DNA of 47,727 nucleotides from Perkinsus olseni (Eukaryota): NCBI GenBank assembly GCA_013115125.1, contig JABANN010000245.1, positions 1 to 47,727 of the forward strand, read 5' to 3'. Shown piece by piece: positions 11,874 to 23,493 of this stretch (position 1 is its first letter; each line of letters starts with the position of its first letter). The notes under the pieces were generated by a model. It saw only the letters and a program-made list of their open reading frames with translations, ran no database searches and was not told where the DNA came from. The position numbers and the translations under genes were made by a program.

Positions 11874-13106
11874 GTGGTGGGAACGGAGGGATCAAAGTAG
11901 TCCTGCGGAACTGGTAGACTGCTGAACTTTTCCAAAGCCTTTTCTCTGGAAGCCAGAAGGCTTCTTTTCCACTTCAGCACCGAGAGTCCCCTCCGGGGCT
12001 AATCCCAACGCAGGTTCCTCAAGAGAATACGCTCCAGCGTACGCACTGTACACGCTAGACGACGCACGTGTATTGTAGCTGCACTATAGTGACGACTGTG
12101 CACAACGCAACAGCTGCCGCCGACTTCAGTACAACTCAGCGGTTAGACTATCATCGCTGCACTCTACTGCTACAGTGTATCATTAGTCTCAAAGAACCGT
12201 CTGAAGTTATTTCGCGCCTTGTACTCACGTGCGTGAGAATGCGTTCTAGATTACGCCCTGGATTCTCGGGTGTATCCCAACTGAGGCAGTGCCAATTCGG
12301 ACAGTGGTCAACTCGTACAAGGTATCAACCCGTACACCACAGATTCGGACACTGCCAACTGAGTCAGTGGCAAGTCGGACAAAAACGGCTGGGCGAAATG
12401 GACCAATTCAGACAGGACCACTTGGGACAGTGACACTTCGCTCGCCACTACAACTCGTACAGTGCCAACTGAGACAGTTGCTTTGCACCCAGTAACTCAA
12501 TGCATATTCCTTGAGGAGAGAGAAACTCAACCGAACCAGAAGAAGACACACCGTAAGAGAAGCAACATTCGAATTGTAAGGAATAGGTTAAAAAAGCTCC
12601 GGGCACATGCAGCCTCACATGTAAGGGCATAGGTTAAAAATTGATTACTAGGCAATCAGAATTACTGCTCATCACAGTACTTTTTGGATGGCCTGGAACG
12701 TGCGAGCGTGGCACTGCAAGCCCTTAAGTATTGGATATACTCGACTTCCTTCAGACGGACTGGCGCTTGAGCCCAGGATGTCCCACCATACTTCGGAAAC
12801 GTAGCCGCACTAGCCCTCTCCGATGTAGCTTGCGGCCTGCAAGTTGCGGGTCTGGGTTGGCCGACAACGCGCGTCCCAGGCTTTTATTCTAGCGAAGCGC
12901 TGGCCAAACTCAGTAAGGCCATCGACGATTATGGTCGATATGTGATAGAAGGGGCGCCTTATACAAGCTGATGCATTCAACGAATGATGACAAACCTCAC
13001 ACAGGCTACTGGTCCGTTCATGGGAGTTGGCGCGACACCACACGTGAGGGGCAAATAGAGGTAGTTTCGAGACATACGGGGTGTTCAATAGTCAAGGTCG
13101 AGTTCA

Positions 13107-13267
13107 CTCCCAGGAGCGCTCTTGGAAAGCGCTTTTGGAGAGCGCTCGTGAGATTCCGTTCAATAGACGCGCTCCTGAAAATTTTCAGGAGCGCTCCGGG
13201 GAGATAACTCACCTCATGTTCAATAAACTCACTGTTCAAAAGCGCTCTTGAAGAAGGCTCCTGGGAG
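13107..13267. repeat. Fold-back structure nested in the TIR element
   Basis: 31-bp inverted arms at 13107-13137 and 13237-13267 (26/31) flank a perfect 26-bp palindrome gcgctcctgaaaattttcaggagcgc at 13169-13194. Confidence 0.8.
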
Positions 13268-13344
13268 CGATGCATGTATCGCTCCATCTGAGAAACGCCA
13301 AATCGCATGGATGTTTACTAATTGCCCTGAGGGCGGATCGAACT

Positions 13345-13375
13345 GTTCGCGAACGGTTCGCGAACGGTTCGCGAA
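13345..13375. repeat. Tandem 11-bp unit gttcgcgaacg, about 3 copies
   Basis: Read directly; the core gttcgcgaac is palindromic. Confidence 0.9.
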
Positions 13376-14600
13376 AATCAAGCTCATATGGCCGGGCAGT
13401 TTGAGTGTCCGAGTTTCCGAGTTGGTACTGTCCGAATGAGCGTTTCGTGGTGTCTCTATCGGTAATGTCTCAGTTGGTACTGAGTTGAGGTGCCCGACTT
13501 GGCACCACCTTCACACGAGTGTCCGACTTGCCCCTGTCCCAGTTGGGAAGTGTACGAATTGACCACTGTCCGAATTGGCACTGCCCCAGTTGGACTACAC
13601 CGGGATTCTCATTATCGATGAACTCCCCTCAAGCCCAGCCCTCTACCCTCTTGGGCCCCGTCTCAAGTAGCCACACTGTGCTGTGTTATAGTGCGTAGCA
13701 ACCTCCTGCTAGTATCGTCGCTACCCCACTATTCCTATAATCGGCCTAGCAGCCGGCCCCATTCTGCGACTCGCGCGTCATGCATCTGCTTTGCCTGGCG
13801 GAGTGCGGCTACGCTGTTCTTCGAGCCTTTTTCCACATTGTACAGAGTTATAGTGCACGCGCGTACCATACGCGTGCATAGCGCACCCTGGTGGCTCATC
13901 CACGCGCAATCCATGCTTACGGGGAACTGGCAGGTTCCCCAGGTGTAGCAGCACGTTAGTTCAAGCCCGGAGAGAACTGCATTGTAAGAAGTAAACTTCG
14001 CGTTGCAACGCGTGAGAGATACGCTGTTTTGCGTTGCGGATCTGTTGGGAAATGGGTAATGGACCGCCCTCAAAAGTTGGTCTGCTAGCAGCGGCAACGC
14101 AGTTCTTATTCGATTGGGGGAAGGACTTGCCGCCCTGCTGGATGTGGCGTAGTATCGTAAGGCGTTCGGATCAAGGCCACCGTCCTCCAAATGGCGCGAC
14201 GTTAGTTGTACTGTGTTCGTACAACAGGGCGCGCGCGATGCGCAAAGAACGGTCAAAAAACGTCAGCACTCTCGCATTAAGGGCGATGCTTTGGATGACA
14301 CTAGTTCTCGTACGTTCGAAGTGAGCGCCCCTTGATATAAGCCAGTCGACCGATCTGAAGGCCTCGTCTGAATTGTCCGATCTGAGTGTTTACTGGACCG
14401 GGAAAGCTGTAGAAAGAGAACGAGTCCTGCGTTTCATAACTCCGCACCTCTTCCCACTGCTATAATCATGCGAGATCGCGAATGACGAGAGCATAGGCAT
14501 TTCACGCCAGGCCTGATTCGCTACACGACGGTATTGCCGGTGTTGCAAGTGGGTCATTTCCGCTTCACTCCACAGGGTGTTCATCTCTTTGCGTCGAGTC

Positions 14601-17600
14601 ATGGCTACTTCATACGATCCAAAGGACTTGGATAATCTTCCGGCGACTTTAACGGCCGATGACATTCAGGAACTTATCAAGAACAATGAACAAACTGAGG
14701 TAAGATTTTGATATCTTGTAACGCCGGTCCGACTACGGTCAGCACCGGCGCTCGTCCAGTCGAGTCTCTTACCAGGTAGAAAGCCTTGACGCCGAAAGTT
14801 GTACTGCCCTCGTTCGGAAAGTGGCATCACTTGTCAAAGAAAATCAGAGACTCCGTATCAAGCACTCCGACGACCCGACGAAGTTTTTGGAGGTAGTATA
14901 CCAGTACTCAGGGGAAGCGGAGGGAGCTCGAGAATCTTTCTGCGTCCTGCAGAGTGAAGTCTCGCTGGCCGAAGAGATACGCCGTTTGACCGAGCTTGCT
15001 GTGAACCCAGCCGAACTGTGAGTCTGGGCAACTCCATCTGTGAGCCTGTCGGGTCACTATTGGAGTGCTCAGGTATCCTGCTTTCATCGCTGCGCATGGC
15101 GGACGAGTGGTTGTTGGTCTCCTACAGCACGCCAACGTTGATATCTGTGCGGAAGCTCTGGCGGTAGGTTGGCCTATGCACTTCACGGAGAGGAAGACAC
15201 CTTCTTCCTGCCAGGTCCTCAGCGATTTGACGGAGCCAGAGGTAATGGCTGATTGTGAGGATAAAGTGGCTGGAGATTTTGTAATATTTGGGAAGCGCAG
15301 AGGAAGAAGCGGGACTGTCGGACCAGAGATAGTTGCTTTAGGTGGAGTCCCTGGTAACGGATGCCAAGCTTCCCAGCATTTATGTAGAAACCCTGTGGCG
15401 GATTTATAGGGAGCAGGGAGAGCAGGGGGAGAACAGTGAGGAGGAGGAGGAGTCGGGGGTAATGAGGAGGTTATGAGGAGGACCTTCGTATGCTGGGGCT
15501 GTTAGGCGGCGAATGATGCGGCGGGGAAGATGGAAGATGCTCAGCAAGCGACCACGAACTGCCTCCAGACTATCGAGAATTTGTTTGAAATATGGTACTA
15601 AGGGGGCGTGCGCAGCATGCTTCTGTTCATGCTGCTGAGTCGGCTTTGTAGACTACAAAGCAGACGAAGTAGACTACAAATTGTAGTATAGTGTAGCCTA
15701 TCGACTTGCCAACGCGGCTGGATGGGACACACACTTGACTGTACTGACTCGCCATCTACACTCGCCGACTACTCACCACTCTCGATGTTTGCTCAACCCG
15801 AACTCGAAAGCGTTTCGGGAAAGAGGCGTGCTGGTTTATAGTAGAGTATTGGGCGTGCACAAATTTTGTTACTTGATCGCCAGGCCAGCCAAGACAGTGC
15901 CGGAGTTCTGTACGGGTCGCTTTGTTGAGTGGCTGGTAACTGTTATCAAGGAGGCAGTGAGAGGGAAGAACTTCACGTAGCGTCGTCGTTGCTGCTGCTG
16001 GGTCGCCCGATAAGGACTTCAAGCGCAGGTATAATGCACTCTTCGCCTCCGAGCTCCTCTCGCTATTGCTCCAGCAGTGCCCTAGTCCTTCTCAAACTGG
16101 TACGTCTCCTCTTCACTGCATTCCCCACAATGTGAGAAACTTGTGTGGTAGTCCCACAGATGGTAGACCGCCGGAGCTTGGATCGGCTCCTTCGTGTCAC
16201 TAACATGTATCGACATAGTGACCCGAAGGAGAGTAGCGAGAACGAGCTATTAGAAAACGTGTAATATAAGGAAGAAAAAAATGTTTTTTCGGGAGGTCGC
16301 TGTCTCAGATTCGATGCCCTCGTGCTCGTCGTGCCGTATCACCAGACTGCTTTCGGGCAGTCTCAAGGAGTCCAACTGATGGTAAGAGGGTGCAGCTCCT
16401 TCGGATAGATGATGTCATTGCATTTCCGCAAGGTTAAATTGTTGTCGCAAGGGGCGGGTAAGCGTCTGGCCGCCCGCCTGAGTCTCCGTGTACTGGAGGC
16501 GGCCCTGCGAGACCATCAAGAGAATTGCAAGCTGTTTGTGGAACAGTACTAATGGGATTGTGGGGGGTCGGGATGGTACCTGGGTTTTCCACAGGATGGG
16601 TTTGAAGTCAATTTTCGGGCTGCTGGCGCATCGTAAAGCGACGGACGCTGAGATGGAGACGACTGTGAATATCATTCACCATCTCTTGCATAATACCAAA
16701 GGACCGGAGGCTGGTAGAAGAGGGTGGGGGCCTCGGTTGAGTTTTGGACGGCTCTTGTCTGTTATCCGTAGCCCGTGTACTGAACAAGTTCACTGAAGGG
16801 TCGTTCTCGAAAATTGACGTTCTGGCTAAGTTGCGGGAGGACACTAGACGACATTTGGGTGAGTGATATTAGTGTGCCTTCTGAGTGTGATCTTGGGGGT
16901 CCTATCAGAGCGGCGGCTGGCGGCCTACGACGAGGAAGGTGAGGAGAGGAAAGCTGTGGCGGAAGAAGAGGACGAAGACGAAATTGAGCAGGACCCGAAG
17001 GAGGCGTAAGCTCTCCGGCCAAATTAGGCTAGTTGACAGGGAAGTCATAGTTCACTCAGGCGCTACGTGTACGCCCTCGGTAATGGTCTATCGCAGCTCC
17101 AACTGATTGATTTGTGTCTGCTCTTGCTGTGCCACAACTCGGGGAATAAAGCGTTGACCGAGCACCTGTGTAGGGCCGTCCAAGGAATGACAGGTGAGGG
17201 CGGGCGCATAGGGGGCATTCAGTCCGAGTTGCGTCTGCTTGGATAGTAGCGGCCTGAGTTGTCTTGAGTGGTCGTGTCGCTGCATGTCCACAGCCTTTTA
17301 CGATCCCTACGTGTCTCTTGGGTCATCTCCCTGTCCGTTTTATAATGACAGTTGGGAAGCCGGTTGGCGTTTGTGATAGGATCGATACGTGAGGTCATCG
17401 CGCAATACACGGATGAGCTTGAGGACTCCGAGAAAGGTCGGACGAAGGACCTGATGGAGATGGTCACTGGGCTGGAGCGTCGGTGTGAGAAGCTTGCCAA
17501 GTAAGTCTTCGGAGAGCGGGCGCCATAGGTGGACCTACTATGAGTCCACCTACTATGAGTGAGTTTCAGGACCGCCAAGGCTAATCGGCACGACGATGGG

Positions 17601-17642
17601 GAGGACTCTGGCAGGCCCGAAGCTAAGCGGGCCAAAGTCTGA
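14601..17642 (+). CDS. CTNNBL1: Beta-catenin-like protein 1 (Prp19-complex splicing factor), multi-exon
   Basis: Spliced exons give ENQRLRIKHSDDPTKFLESEVSLAEEIRRL...ELYP...GLLQHANVDI...LSDLTEPEV, the CTNNBL1 N-terminal signature; C-terminal NLS-like PEAKRAKV*. Confidence 0.9.
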
Positions 17643-17833
17643 GTTTCTACGTTGAGCGTTGAAGCGGTTGCATTCAGTGACACTGAATCAGTGTGCTTAC
17701 ACCGGGTTGATGTTATAGGGTTTGTGTGCATGCCCAGTGAATCCTCGTCAGCGAAACCGTCGACCCTCCCCTGCCGCTACCGCCCGTCCTCCTCCTCCTC
17801 CTTCCCCCCCCTCCCCGACCTCCTCCGTCCCCT

Positions 17834-19792
17834 ATGGCCTCCTCCGAAAGCACTATCGGTCGAACGAACGAAGACACTTTCACCCAGCTGATGAACCTGC
17901 TGTCGAATTTGGAACAACCTCACAACGACGAGGTCTCTACGGCTCTGATGCGCCGGGCGGTCAGCAAGCTCGAGGGAGCGTTGGAATCAGAGGTTGAAGC
18001 TAGTCATCTGTGTGAAGAAGCGTGGCCTAAGCTCCATCAGAGGCTCCGACAGGTCGGCTACGTCCTACTCAGTGTCGATGCTGATGGTGAGAAGGGTATG
18101 GAGGATCCTACCCAGAGAGTAGTACGGGCAGCAATGCGTGATGGGATGGCTTTCGAGCCTGGTGAACTAGAGGAGTACTCGGGCGAGAACGGCGACCTGT
18201 TTGCCGGTGCAGGGCAGACTGTGCGGCGGCTGTTGAGGGGCGAGAGGCAGGAGAGCTGTTGGTGCATGATGAACGCGTTGGCGTTCAAAGCGCCAACGGA
18301 CCTCCTCGCCGACAACTCTGTGAACCCCCTTACTAAGCTTATCGGCGAATACTATCGTGTAAGTGGGGTGACGGATTTCGTGACGGCCTCTATGACTGAC
18401 GAGACCCTCTTGCGGTGTTGGTCTGGGTATGCGATCGAGCCTGATGATGATGACGATCTGAAAGGCCGACTGGTGGTACCGAGGGCCTACTACCATGTTC
18501 TTACGGTTGTTAATGTCCTGGACGAAGATATGGTCGTGAGAATCACTCCTGTGAAGGTCGGAGCAGGGCTCCTCGAACGAGAGATTAGGATACGCAAGGG
18601 AGAAGTGCTGGCTGTCACGTCCAAGTACTCTGCCTTTACCGTCAGTGGTGGTGGGGTCTACTCTTGCTTCACTTGGCCTGCCAAGGCGTATCATACGGCC
18701 GAGGAGCTGAACTTAGACGTAACACTCTACAGGAGTGCAGCGCCCGGGGGACTTTATCGGCAGGTCAGCAGCTGCTCTAATATGAGGACCATCCTGACAG
18801 GATGTCCTCATTGCATGCGGCCCATCGGCCTCGAAGTGGAAGACTGGGAGACCTCGACCGAGCAGTCTGAGGAAGAAGAGGAAATGTCTTCTCCATCCTA
18901 TGCATTTGTGTCGTTGTACTACGCGCCTGATGGCGGTGAGGGCTGGTGGGAGGACGGCCCTGACGTAGTGAGGAGCCTGCAACGGTTGGGTCGGTCTCTA
19001 GGGGAGCACTGCGGTGGCATTCCCAGAGTGTTGCTGGTCGCGGTTCATTGTGGCGAGGATGTGGAGGATGAGTTGAAGAAGCCCTTCGAGGGTTGTTGGG
19101 ATAGGATCATTCCGGCTCCGAGGATCTATCGGAATCGGTGGAGATTCGGCGGTCCCCATCCGAAGGCCAACCCGGTAGACACGGAATTAACACTGAGGCC
19201 AGAGCAAGCCTCGCAGCGCTGCTTCGATACTAGCTACCCAAGATCGTTCGGAGAGCTCACGATGCTGGAGGCCGTTAGACTGGTAGAATTCGATAAAACT
19301 GCTTATATTCATCCAAACGTAGAAGTTCGCTCCTCCAAGTTTTCCACTGTCTTCACTGCGTCCGCTACGGTACCGGCTGTCGCGGTCAGCGGAATTTCGG
19401 GGCGCGCGAAGTTAAGTCCCCGAGCAGCCAATGGACATGAGTATCGGCACATGGGGGTTATGGTCTTCGAGCCCAGTCCGGGCGATGCATACAGGTTGAA
19501 GTATATCATAGGCGAATGTGAGCATCCAGCTGAGGTCCCGAGTTCGAACCCCGCGGCCGACCTTTTAACTCGTTATTGGGCGACTGCCAGCTACACTGGT
19601 GTGTCGGTGCTGCCAGATGTCTTTGTTGGGGAGCCATCGGACGATAGCGAGGATGAGTTCTACGATGAGCTCGAGGATGGCGGGTCGGACGGCTCCTCGC
19701 CTGCCCTGGACGGCGAGGGGTGCTACTACGCGTACCGGCATGAATGGGGGGATGACGAGGAGGACGGAGCCAGTAGTAGCCAAAACGAATGA
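17834..19792 (+). CDS. 652-aa intronless protein: beta-rich middle, CPHC motif, C-terminal degenerate GT8 (glycogenin-like) fold, acidic tail
   Basis: YAFVSL...LGRSL...RVLLV...LEAVRLVEFDKTAYIHPN...GVMVFEPS...ADLLTRYW follows the GT8 motif order, but the DxD position reads HPN. Paralogue of 23494..25020. Confidence 0.7.
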   Translation: MASSESTIGRTNEDTFTQLMNLLSNLEQPHNDEVSTALMRRAVSKLEGALESEVEASHLCEEAWPKLHQRLRQVGYVLLSVDADGEKGMEDPTQRVVRAAMRDGMAFEPGELEEYSGENGDLFAGAGQTVRRLLRGERQESCWCMMNALAFKAPTDLLADNSVNPLTKLIGEYYRVSGVTDFVTASMTDETLLRCWSGYAIEPDDDDDLKGRLVVPRAYYHVLTVVNVLDEDMVVRITPVKVGAGLLEREIRIRKGEVLAVTSKYSAFTVSGGGVYSCFTWPAKAYHTAEELNLDVTLYRSAAPGGLYRQVSSCSNMRTILTGCPHCMRPIGLEVEDWETSTEQSEEEEEMSSPSYAFVSLYYAPDGGEGWWEDGPDVVRSLQRLGRSLGEHCGGIPRVLLVAVHCGEDVEDELKKPFEGCWDRIIPAPRIYRNRWRFGGPHPKANPVDTELTLRPEQASQRCFDTSYPRSFGELTMLEAVRLVEFDKTAYIHPNVEVRSSKFSTVFTASATVPAVAVSGISGRAKLSPRAANGHEYRHMGVMVFEPSPGDAYRLKYIIGECEHPAEVPSSNPAADLLTRYWATASYTGVSVLPDVFVGEPSDDSEDEFYDELEDGGSDGSSPALDGEGCYYAYRHEWGDDEEDGASSSQNE

Positions 19793-20003
19793 TGATTTTC
19801 TCTGTAATTTCAATCCGAGTGATGGCTTAGTCGCGTTTTGAGAGGAAGGCCAGCTCTGAATAGCTGCGGAGAGGTTCTTTGGTGACACCAAATTGGTGTT
19901 CAACCAGGGGCACCAGTCTTCGCAGAGGTCCATCAGAGCACCCTGGGTTGATCGCCTATCTCCTGTGGGTGTCGATCGCCCCTTCAGTTCCTCCTCTTTC
20001 CTT

Positions 20004-21028
20004 ATGTACAAGCTCTACTACTTTGCAGGCCGTGGACGCGGCGAGTCCGTACGCTTCGCCTTGGCCTTAGCGGGGGTTGAGTATGAGAATGTTTTCATTC
20101 GCACGCGGAAGGATATGCTTGATTTGATACCGAGATCGAAGTATGCTGTCCAGGGGTGGTCTGGTGCCTCGATGACGACTTCTCTAGGTACGGTCAGGTT
20201 CCGATGTTGGAGACCCCCGAAGGAGAGTGTCTGGTCCAGACTGGTGCCATCCTCCGCTACATCGCCCGTAAATTCGACCTGTACGGCAAGTCGGAGAGGA
20301 AGGAGGAGAGGGTTGATGAGATTATCGAGGCCTCCAGTGATGCTATCGGCTCCGGGGTGAGTTGTTAGGCTTAATGTAGCCCGAAGTATGCCAACCCATC
20401 TCCCAACCGAGCCAGGTGGAAATATTATTGGCTATCTGCACGTGTTGCTTGTCCCCATACAGTATTTTTTCGATACTCGCTATGTCTACTGGGTGTGCTT
20501 CTTTCGTCCGGATGGCGAACGAGCAGCTATGCGTGGTGATTTCAGTTACTGAAGGCGCCATTCTTCGTGCGTGATGGTATGAGTTTACCCGACTCTCTTG
20601 CGCGAGGGAAGGCAGCTTACCGGTGGTTTAGAGCCTGGGAGGAACAAATAGAAGCTGGCAAATTCATAGCCGGTAACCACTCAGTTTTGGCGGTCTGGTT
20701 TCTAACTGTGACTCGAAACTTCAGGCACCTCCCAGCCCACTGTGGCCGATTCCTGTGCTCTGCGAGTGGTCGAAGACTGCGTAGAGTACTTTGGCGTCGA
20801 GGATGTCCTCGGTGGTCTGCCCAACCTCCGAGCCTGGCGTGATAAGTTCCTCAATGTTCCTGCGATGGTTGCTTTTATTAAGGTAGTCGGCTCGCTTCGG
20901 CAACATCATGGTGAATGCTGACTGTTTCTCAGTCTTCCAGCCGAATGCCCTCACCCAAGGTTGAGGAAACGTCTCGGGTGTACGGTCGTGAAGTTGGTGA
21001 TGCTCTCGGGTGGAAGGAACCGTACTGA
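20004..21028 (+). CDS. Glutathione S-transferase (sigma/mu-like), copy 1, 5 exons
   Basis: MYKLYYFAGRGRGESVRFALALAGVEYE; YGQVPMLE; LVQTGAILRYIARKFDLYGK; TVADS; GT-AG introns. Confidence 0.92.
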
Positions 21029-22081
21029 TCATTGTACTGCTCGTTGCTGCTTGCCTTGTTTCCAACGTTCCGCTTGTCGAGGGGTGTTGGGTTGCCTCCT
21101 GCGGTAGCGGGTGAGGGAGGGATGCTGTTGGGGAGGTGTGCTGCTGCTCAGCACTGATGCCAATTAAAACCTTGCGCTCTTCATCGCTCCGTCACCTTCC
21201 ATGCTTATCCAGTAGTGAGAGCCTTTCACGCTAAAGTGTGCAGGGCAATGCCGAGGTGCCTCATCATCATCATCATGCGATGACGCAGTGCGTTTCGCTG
21301 CGATATGGAATGACTGTAGGCACTCTGGCTTCCTACACAGGAGCTGAGGGGAAGCACTCCGCACTCTCGGCCAGAACCCGTCCGCCTGGTTGTTGCGTTC
21401 TCTGATGTTCGTTATCATTATTATGTGTCACCACTCGTCGCTGTCCGCACGTCATGGATGGCCTGGATGCGGCATCGGGCCCTCTGGGGCTTAGTGAAGA
21501 GCGTCATGTTCGATCTGTTCCGTCAACCGGTCGGTTTCTGTGTCAATCACTAGAGAGCACAATCCTCCTAGCACAACCACTCCGATCATCCCCACGGTTG
21601 TTAGCGGCCCTCCATCTTCTTATTGTGTTCACTGATGTCCCGAATGCTCGGACACGGCCATCTTACCTTGCGTTCCTCATCAGAATGTGTGCATGCGTGC
21701 GCTTAAGTGGTCACCGAGCTAGCAGTGGTCGTCCGCCTCTTTAATCGTGCTTCTTTCCCTCCCTTTCCTGTGGCAATCACGATGGTACTTCTTAAGAGCC
21801 CCCCCCCTGAGGTCTTCTCGGAGCGCCTCATACAGCTGCCCTCGGGCATGGCTCGTGTCGTCCTCGTACCGAAGACCGGCGCTTTGCTTAGCGCTTCCTT
21901 GTAGGCATCACGTCCCACATCAGTAGTGGTTCACGCCTGTAATCCAGTATCTGCTGCTTGTGGAGCACATGACTGGACGCTAACGGCTTGTTCTCTTGTC
22001 GTGACAGTCTCGAGTCGCCAGATTCTGTAGAGCCTTGCTGCTCAGTTTGTTGTTGTTTTACATTCACTCTCTCTGTTGCCC

Positions 22082-23050
22082 ATGTCCATGTACAAGCTGC
22101 ACTACTTCTGTGGTCGCGGCCGCGGCGAGATGATACGCTTTGCCTTGGGTTTGGCTGGCGTTGACTATGAGGAAGAGTTCATCCGCACACGACAGGATAT
22201 GCTGAGTCTGATGCCCAAGCTGAGGTAGGTCTTCCGCCCCGCGGATTACCATATTCTGTTACTTTGGCTTCTTCCAGGTACGGTCAGGCTCCGATGTTGG
22301 AGACCCCCGAAGGAGAGCGTCTGGTCCAGACTGGTGCCATCCTCCGCTACATCGCCCGTAAATTCGACCTGTACGGCAAGGCGGAGGGGAAAGAGGAGAG
22401 GGTTGATGAGATTATCGAGGCCTCCAGTGATGCCATGGGCTCTGGGGTAAGTTTGCGTCTAGCTCCGCACTTTAGTTTCATGCATCTTTTCGCCGTCTTT
22501 CAGTTGCTCGATGTTGCAATGAGGTTCAAGACAGGGCAGAGCTTTGAGGAGGCTGCTTCAACTGAGGGAGTTAAGTGTATGAGGTGGATCAAGGCATGGG
22601 AGGCCCAGATGGATGACGGCAAGTTCATAGCAGGTGAGCGGCCTGCCGTCATTGTCAAGCGATTCGACGATCCTGTGCCGCCCGGTTGGGAATTTTCATG
22701 AACCTTGCTCAGGCACGGAGAAACCGACAGTCGCTGATTCATGCGCTCTACGTGTGGTTGAGGAGGCCATCGAGGTCTTAGGCGAGGATACGGTATTGGC
22801 CCAGCAGCCTAAGTCGGCTGCATGGAGGAAGACTATGCTCCAAGTGCCCAACATCGCCAAGTTCCTCAAGGTAACCCTTCCTTCAAGGTCGTGCCTGAGC
22901 GTACTCTACCCTCGTCTACCCTCTGGCGCAGGGTTCTGCCAGCCTGTTATCTCTATTCCCTTTCAGTCCTCTCACCGTATGCCTTCGACGGTCGACGATG
23001 CTTCGGCAAAGCAGTATCATAAGGAAGTTGCTGCTGGCCTTGGCTGGTAA
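22082..23050 (+). CDS. Glutathione S-transferase, copy 2, 5 exons
   Basis: MYKLHYFCGRGRGEMIRFAL; YGQAPMLE; LVQTGAILRYIARK; same intron positions as copy 1. Confidence 0.92.
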
Positions 23051-23493
23051 ATCTTACTCCCAATTTTCCGGGGCGTTTGATAGCCCCGGTCTTTCTCATG
23101 GTGTGTTTGGTTTTCTCTCCAGACGCTATTCTGGTGGAGGTGCTGTGTTCTGTTCAATACTGCGGTGTTGTGGCACGGCTCTGGGTTCGGAGCAGCTGAG
23201 AACGTTGCTTCGGTGGAACCTAGCTGGTCGGCAGCAGTCCGTGCTGACAACGGGAGGTTCTCGTGGAGTGTGTCTGTGAATGGGCCGCTGGCGTTCTGTT
23301 GTCTGCGTGGGAAGTGTAACACAATTTTTGACGGTTTTTGAGAATCGAGATTGAATCAAGTTGGTTGAACCACCAAGTCGTAGGTTGAGTAGCAAGTCGC
23401 AGGATACCCGTGCGATTTGACCGTATTCGTCTACAAGCCCTTAATGAGTGTGTGAAGAAGACTTTCTTTTTCTAGCCCTCATCGTCTACCTTG

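Larger units (their letters stand above)
12268..13602. mobile_element. Non-autonomous TIR DNA transposon (1335 bp) with 8-bp TSD
   Basis: TIRs at 12269-12319 and 13551-13601 match at 47/51. Direct repeat GGATTCTC at 12260-12267 and 13603-13610. Subterminal arrays of a ~15-bp motif (caa[ct]tcggacagtg-like) at both ends. No transposase ORF. Confidence 0.9.

Noticed and set aside
12270-12480. CRISPR-like repeat array
   Set aside because: The units are short, degenerate and nearly contiguous, without unique spacers; they are subterminal repeats of the TIR element in a eukaryotic context.
12760-12790. Spliced-leader-like sequence (catcctgggctcaag on the minus strand)
   Set aside because: Only a partial match to the Perkinsus/dinoflagellate SL 3' end; the 5' ccgtagc part is missing.
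12500-13100. Transposase remnant within the TIR element
   Set aside because: No DDE or zinc-finger motif visible in any frame.
19789-19860. Possible C/D box snoRNA (ATGATGA...CTGA)
   Set aside because: The C box overlaps a stop codon, there is no terminal stem, and I could not identify an rRNA target.
21164-21918. Minus-strand ORFs between the GST genes
   Set aside because: No motif or convincing exon chain; a gene cannot be excluded.
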